DNA of 64,000 bases from Camelus ferus. Taxonomy: Eukaryota. This document shows positions 58,526 to 64,000 of the stretch, one piece after another (within the stretch, counting starts at the first letter, position 1; each line of letters starts with the position of its first letter). The DNA is taken from contig NC_045704.1 in the NCBI RefSeq assembly GCF_009834535.1, forward strand, positions 59,086,001-59,150,000. Reading direction: 5' to 3'. The notes under the pieces are model-generated. The model was given only the letters and a program-made list of their open reading frames with translations, made no database searches and was not told the origin of the DNA. A program made the translations under genes and the position numbers.

Positions 58526-59959
58526 ATGCTCTGTGGAATAGCATAGAGAGTCGTCCGAAAATGACTCAAACAATTTCCCAATAGTGTTGACTGAGGGCCC
58601 AGCTCACATAGGAAAACATGCATTTGTTTTGACAGCAGGTAGGATAATTTCTGATTTTCTTTTTTCTAAAGACATAGGAGGGGAATCAGAAAACAGATGT
58701 TGGGTTGATCTAAGTGTTAGGGATTAATAAGTCATTACAAGGGTTGACACTGAAGTAAATAAGAGTGTATCTTAATTCAGCAATTTGTGTTTGGTTTATT
58801 AGAGAGTCTGACAGCGAGTGTTTTGGTCTTTGCAAAGTGAAGATGTATCTATCTCAGCACTGGTGTGACTTTCACATTGGGTCTGAGAAAGTTATAACAC
58901 CTAACTTTTATTGTGCCATGTTTTGTGCCAGGTGTTCTGCTGTGCAATTTTAATACAGATTATCTCATTTAATCCTAACAATAACCCTAGGAGTGTATTA
59001 CTTCTATTGTAGAAATAAGAAAACCCTAGCTTAGAGTCAAGGATAATATAACTATTAGGTGGTGGGTCCTAGACCCAGACTTAGGCCTTCTGATAACAGA
59101 ACCCAAGTTTTTACTTTGTACTGCCTGCTTCTGCCTCACAGTGTAATTGCATGTGGAAATATTTACCTTAAAATGCTGAAGAAACTGGATTCAAAATTGT
59201 ACATATTTTATGATTTTACCTATCACAGAAAAAGGAACTGTATCAAATCTTGAAAGTTTTTTCCCCCTCTTACTTTTTGGCATTTTTCAGATACTCTGTG
59301 AGTGTTCCGTAGAGTTAGAGAGAAAAGTTATTTTAAAGAAGTAATTTTGTCCTGAAATTTGACAGTTTGCAAAATGAAAACTGTTTTCAATGGAATTTTT
59401 TTGGTATTATGTTTAAGAAATTTCAGCATGAGTCATTGTTGCCAAAAATCTGTGGCTAATTTTTTGAAATTATGAATTTCTGCAGGATGTAATTCCATTG
59501 AGCTTGAAGCAGTTCAACCATGGAAAATTCGCGTAGTCTCCATGTGTCCTCTACTCAGCTTGTCCAGTTCTCGTCTGAGTACTTGTAAACAGATCAACAG
59601 AACTTGTGATTGCCTCCAGTTTCAAAGGCCAATTGGAGGGACTAAACACCAACTTCTAGATAAAATTGGTCTCTTTATTTCAAAATAATATCAAAGGAGT
59701 ACTTAGTATCAAAGAATAATAATCTGGTATAATTTTATCATGGTGTAATCTACAAAGACTTTCTGAAATTGTTTGAAATGAGCACATTTCCTACCACACA
59801 GTGTTGGTACAAGGATGAAAATATTGTGTCAAATCCATGGTTCATTACAGTTAGCATCCTATGTCTCCATAAGAAACACCAAGAAATCAAGTGTAGAAGG
59901 ATATGCTTGTTTTCCTTAACTCTGAACGGCAAACATTAGGATCACACAGAAAAACTTTT

Positions 59960-61175
59960 CAAGGAGTTCACACACCAGCTGTCATTCCCTGATCATCTGC
60001 TCTCATGTATGTTCATCGTTACCAACGACCTCCAACTTACCAAACCCACTAATCAGTTCTTAGTCCTGTTACTCAACCTTTCAGTAGCATTTAACCCTAG
60101 ATGATCCTACCTGAGCATCCTGTCTTAAATTATTTTCTTCATGTGGCTTTTAGGCTGCCCAGACGTTCCTGCTCTTCCTTCCATTCTTATCAATCCTTCT
60201 CTGTCTCATTTTTTGACTTTCTCTCTTTCCAGCCTCTAAATTTTGCCCTAGGACTCAGCCCTTGGATCTCTTATACATTTGCATTTTCTCTCTTGGTGGT
60301 CTTGTCCAGTTCCCATAGCCTTAAATACCATCCATATGCTGAGACTTACAAATTTCTATCTTTAGCCTGACCTCTCCTCTGAGCTCTAGCATCAGGTAGC
60401 CAACTGTATGTTTGACATAAATACTTAGGGCATGTATTGGGCACTTCAAACCTAACACATGCAAAAACAAATGAGGGAAAAAGTGCTTTGGTTATTACTC
60501 CACACCACAACCTACTCCAGTCTTCCCCTTCCCTGTAAATAGCATTTCCATCTGTTCAGTTGCTCAAGCAGAAAGTCTATCTTTAATTCTGTTCTTTTCT
60601 TTCACCCATCGTGTTCATTTAGAAAATCTTGATGACCCTACCTTCAGAATTCATTTTGTTCCCTACCCATTTCTCACCGCCTTCATCACCATCTCACCTA
60701 GATTACTGCAATTGTTTTCTACTGGTCTCTGCTTTTATTCTTGCCCCTACTCAATTTCACTGTAGCTAGAGTAATCTTTGTATTATTAAGTCATGATCTT
60801 TATCAGGATCCTCTAATAGCTTCCCCTCATTTACATTAAGATCTGAAGAACTAGTCATGGCTTACAGACTGGATCATCTGGCCTTTCCCTCACTCACCAA
60901 CCTCATTACCTGCTACTCATTACGTGGCTCATGCTACTCTAACGAAACCAACCTCCTCGCACTTCCTGGAATAGACCAAGTTCCTCCCTGCCCTTTTGGC
61001 CTTTGCTTTTGCTGTTTCCTCTGCCTGAACCACCCTCCAGAGCTTCATGTGACTTGCTCTCTCACTTTATTTAGCTCTCTACTCAGGTATTATCTTTTTC
61101 TCGTATCCCCAGTGACTGGAACAATACCTGACACATAATAGATGTTTACAAAGATTTACTGAATGAATGAATCTA
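59960..61175 (+). mobile_element. Degraded L2 LINE in GDAP2 intron 1
   Basis: Pyrimidine-rich L2 body ending gatttactgaatgaatgaat. Confidence 0.65.
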
Positions 61176-61944
61176 CCATTTTACTGAAACAGCTGTCTGA
61201 CTTATTGGCAAATGAAGTATCCTTTTCTCATGTTAAATTTCTGATGAGCTCTCTGTAGTACTTGATGCTATGTGTCTTATCACCCTTCTCATGTCTCCGT
61301 TTCTGTACAACCAACCTCCTACCACATCAGTGTCTCTTACACTATGTTCTATAGGTTGTCAAAGCCTGTTAATTCTTTGTTTGTATATGGCGTCTCAAAT
61401 CTGTGCCTTCTTCTCCATATGTTTCTCTATGTAGTTCAAACCTTTGTTATCTCATACTACCTGATTGCACTAACCTCCCTGCTTTTCACCCTCCATATTA
61501 TCATCAGACTGAACTCTTTAAGTTGCACATATTATTTATCTTTGTATTTCCTGCAGCACCTAACACTCCCCCTCCAATAGCAGATTCTCAATGAATGTTT
61601 AATGAATAGTCCTGTATTTCTTGGTAGGCCATGTGATTGTGTACATGGATGTAACTCTTCGAAAAGAATTTGTGCTCAAATAATCCCCCTTTCTTCCTGT
61701 TTTAAAAAAGCTGTAGTACTTCGTTGTTGTATACTCGTTTTTTTAATGGACTATTTAAGTGACTACAATCACACAATGTACTGTTGGAGCAGTTCACAGT
61801 AGAGTTTTGTTTTTTGCTCTAATAGAAGTAATGTAGTATCTGTGCTTCTCTATTAAAATGATTATTTTCTCTTAAGCTGAAGTCTCCAGTGTGTATTGAA
61901 TTGGTGAGGAATTTGGGGAAAAAACAAGCTGAAGTTCCTGTTCC

Positions 61945-62120
61945 ATGGATCCGTTGGGTGCACCTTCCCAGTTTGTGGATGTGGATACGCTACCAAGCTG
62001 GGGCAACTCGTGTGAAGATCAGTTAAATGCTTCTGATTCTGCAGCTGAAACATATCAGGAAGAGACTCTTAGATCACCTTTTCTTTATAATAAGGATATC
62101 AATGGAAAAGTGGTTCTTTG
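61945..62120 (+). CDS. GDAP2: GDAP2 exon 2 coding part (exon starts about 61877): MDPLGAPSQFVDVDTLPSWGNSCEDQ...NKDINGKVVLW
   Basis: ATG at 61945, 176 nt to donor GTAATT; matches recalled GDAP2 N-terminus; missed by the ORF track because the donor cuts it short. Confidence 0.95.
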
Positions 62121-62214
62121 GTAATTCTTTGTTTAAATCATGTCATATGATAATGCTTTCTCATAATTTCTTCTAAATTCTTTCTTTTATAATTTATTCT
62201 AAACTTTTTTTGTA

Positions 62215-62790
62215 AACCCTAGCATTATTGAACTATTCCTTCGCATTTACATAATAAAGCTTTATGAAGGTATAATTGACAAACAATAAACTGCACATAT
62301 TTAAAGTGTACAGTTTGGTAAATTTTGACATGTTTACACCCATGAACCCATCACCAGAATCAAGATAGTGGATATATTTATCACCCCAAAAGTTTTTGTG
62401 TGTCCCTTTGTAATCCCTCTCTCCTGCCCCTCCCTTCCTCCACATCCCCAAGCNNNNNNNNNNNNNNNNNNNNNNNNNNNNNNNNNNNNNNNNNNNNNNN
62501 NNNNNNNNNNNNNNNNNNNNNNNNNNNNNNNNNNNNNNNNNNNNNNNNNNNNNNNNNNNNNNNNNNNNNNNNNNNNNNNNNNNNNNNNNNNNNNNNNNNN
62601 NNNNNNNCTTTTTTAAGAAAAGGATTTATTGAGATATAATTCATATACCACACAATTCTCCAGTTTAAATTGTACAAGTCAGTGGTTTTTAGCATATTCA
62701 CAAAGTTGTGTAACCATCGCTATGGTCAGTTTTACACTTTCATCAACCCAAGTCCTGTACCCGTCAGCTGTCACTCCCCACCTCACACCC
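62215..62790 (-). mobile_element. L1MB/MA-type 3' end fragments flanking an N gap in GDAP2 intron 2
   Basis: gaaggtataattgacaaacaataaactgcacatatttaaagtgtacag and gagatataattcatataccacacaattc motifs. Confidence 0.7.
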
Positions 62791-63055
62791 ATCTTTTATG
62801 AAAGAAGCAAAGGAATGATATGATGATTTTGTGAGTTTCAGGGTTAGAGCACTTGCGTTCAAGATCCATCTGAGAGGCCATATTAGTCTTTCTGAATAAG
62901 GAACAACTTTTTTTTAGTATTGCTTAAGCTTGTGAGCTAGCAAACCAATATTGTGCAGGGAGTGAAGATGGAATGTTTTGGAAGAGTTCAAAACTAGCTT
63001 TCTTGCCTCCCTCCTCTTCCTCACACTTGCTCTGATTTACTTACTGTTTTCTCAG

Positions 63056-63195
63056 GAAAGGAGATGTGGCGTTGCTGAACTGTACAGCTATTGTGAATAC
63101 CAGCAATGAAAGTCTTACAGATAAGAATCCCGTGTCAGACAGTATCTTCATGCTTGCAGGGCCTGATTTGAAGGAGGACCTACAGAAACTTAGAG
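63056..63195 (+). CDS. GDAP2: GDAP2 exon 3: KGDVALLNCTAIVNTSNESLTDKNPVSDSIFMLAGPDLKEDLQKLR (macro domain start)
   Basis: 140 nt, ttctcag/gtgagt, macro-domain motif GDV...AIVN; gene continues beyond the window. Confidence 0.95.
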
Positions 63196-64000
63196 GTGAG
63201 TGAATTTTTTTAGGTATGTTGTTGCTTAGGAAACGTTTATTTTGATGTTTGAAGAAGTATGTTGGCATTTAAGTGAGAAAACTAAGCAGATGTAGCTATT
63301 TTGTTGTTTAAACTAAATTAAAACAGCCTTTGAAAAGCCCACAAAGTGTTAGAAGCTGAACACTGAGACTTTACTCAGCAAAACTCCTCTATCGTGCCCC
63401 TGGATTTTAACATAGCAATCATCATAGTCAGGTAGAACTTTGGTAGCATTTTCTTGGCTGTATATTGTCTTGCACTGATAAGCCTTATAAAACAACTATT
63501 CTTTGTCTAAACTGAAACATTTTTATTGTGCTTTGATATTGATAGAGAATTTTTTGTATACCCCCTGGACATAGAGTGTTGTACTTCTGAAACTGACTTA
63601 TTGACAAAACCAAAGTGCATTGTAAGAGCAAACACATTCTGGGTTTGCATTGTGCTTGCTGCTTTTTTTTTTTTTAACCAGGGCATTCTTCTTTTGGGAA
63701 TATTTATTTGAAATTGGAGACAGGAGGAGTTCTGTTTGTTCAGAATCTTGTTTACCTCATTTGCATTCATTTTCTTAAATTACCAGCCTGGCAACCTTTT
63801 GTTATCGTTATTTGGGTGTGAAGGGAATATTGTGAAATTCAATCATCCTGTTTTATAAAAAGTATTTATGAAATACAGCAGTTTTTCTTAAAATGTAATT
63901 AGCAAATCCCACCTATATAAAATTCATTTCTCAGAACTTCCACCATTTAACACTGATAGTTGGTTTTTAACCTAGAAAGATATTAGAATTTGAACAGGAA

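Overview
Mammalian genomic DNA, probably from a camelid (inferred from tRNA-derived Vic-1-like SINEs). It holds the syntenic SPAG17-WDR3-GDAP2 locus. The complete WDR3 gene (UTP12/DIP2 orthologue) is on the minus strand: 26 coding exons traced by hand sum to 2832 nt = 943 aa + stop, all introns GT-AG, plus a non-coding exon 1. The last five coding exons of SPAG17 are on the plus strand, converging on and probably overlapping WDR3. GDAP2 starts head-to-head with WDR3 from a shared CpG-island promoter, and its first two coding exons are in the window. The rest is transposon-rich intron (L1, L2, MIR, MaLR/ERV LTRs, hAT elements, SINEs), with five N gaps that all fall inside L1 copies. The most notable observations are: (1) a U12-type AT-AC minor intron between the last two SPAG17 coding exons; (2) an AATAAA directly behind the SPAG17 post-stop splice donor, which may compete with splicing; (3) a candidate SPAG17 terminal exon whose acceptor lies antisense inside a WDR3 coding exon; (4) the bidirectional promoter, with uORFs in the GDAP2 leader and a solo LTR nearby; (5) several nested insertions with recognisable target-site duplications. 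No prokaryote-type systems (CRISPR, operons, rRNA or tRNA genes) were seen. Gene and repeat-family names and human exon numbers come from recall of known sequences, not from a database search.
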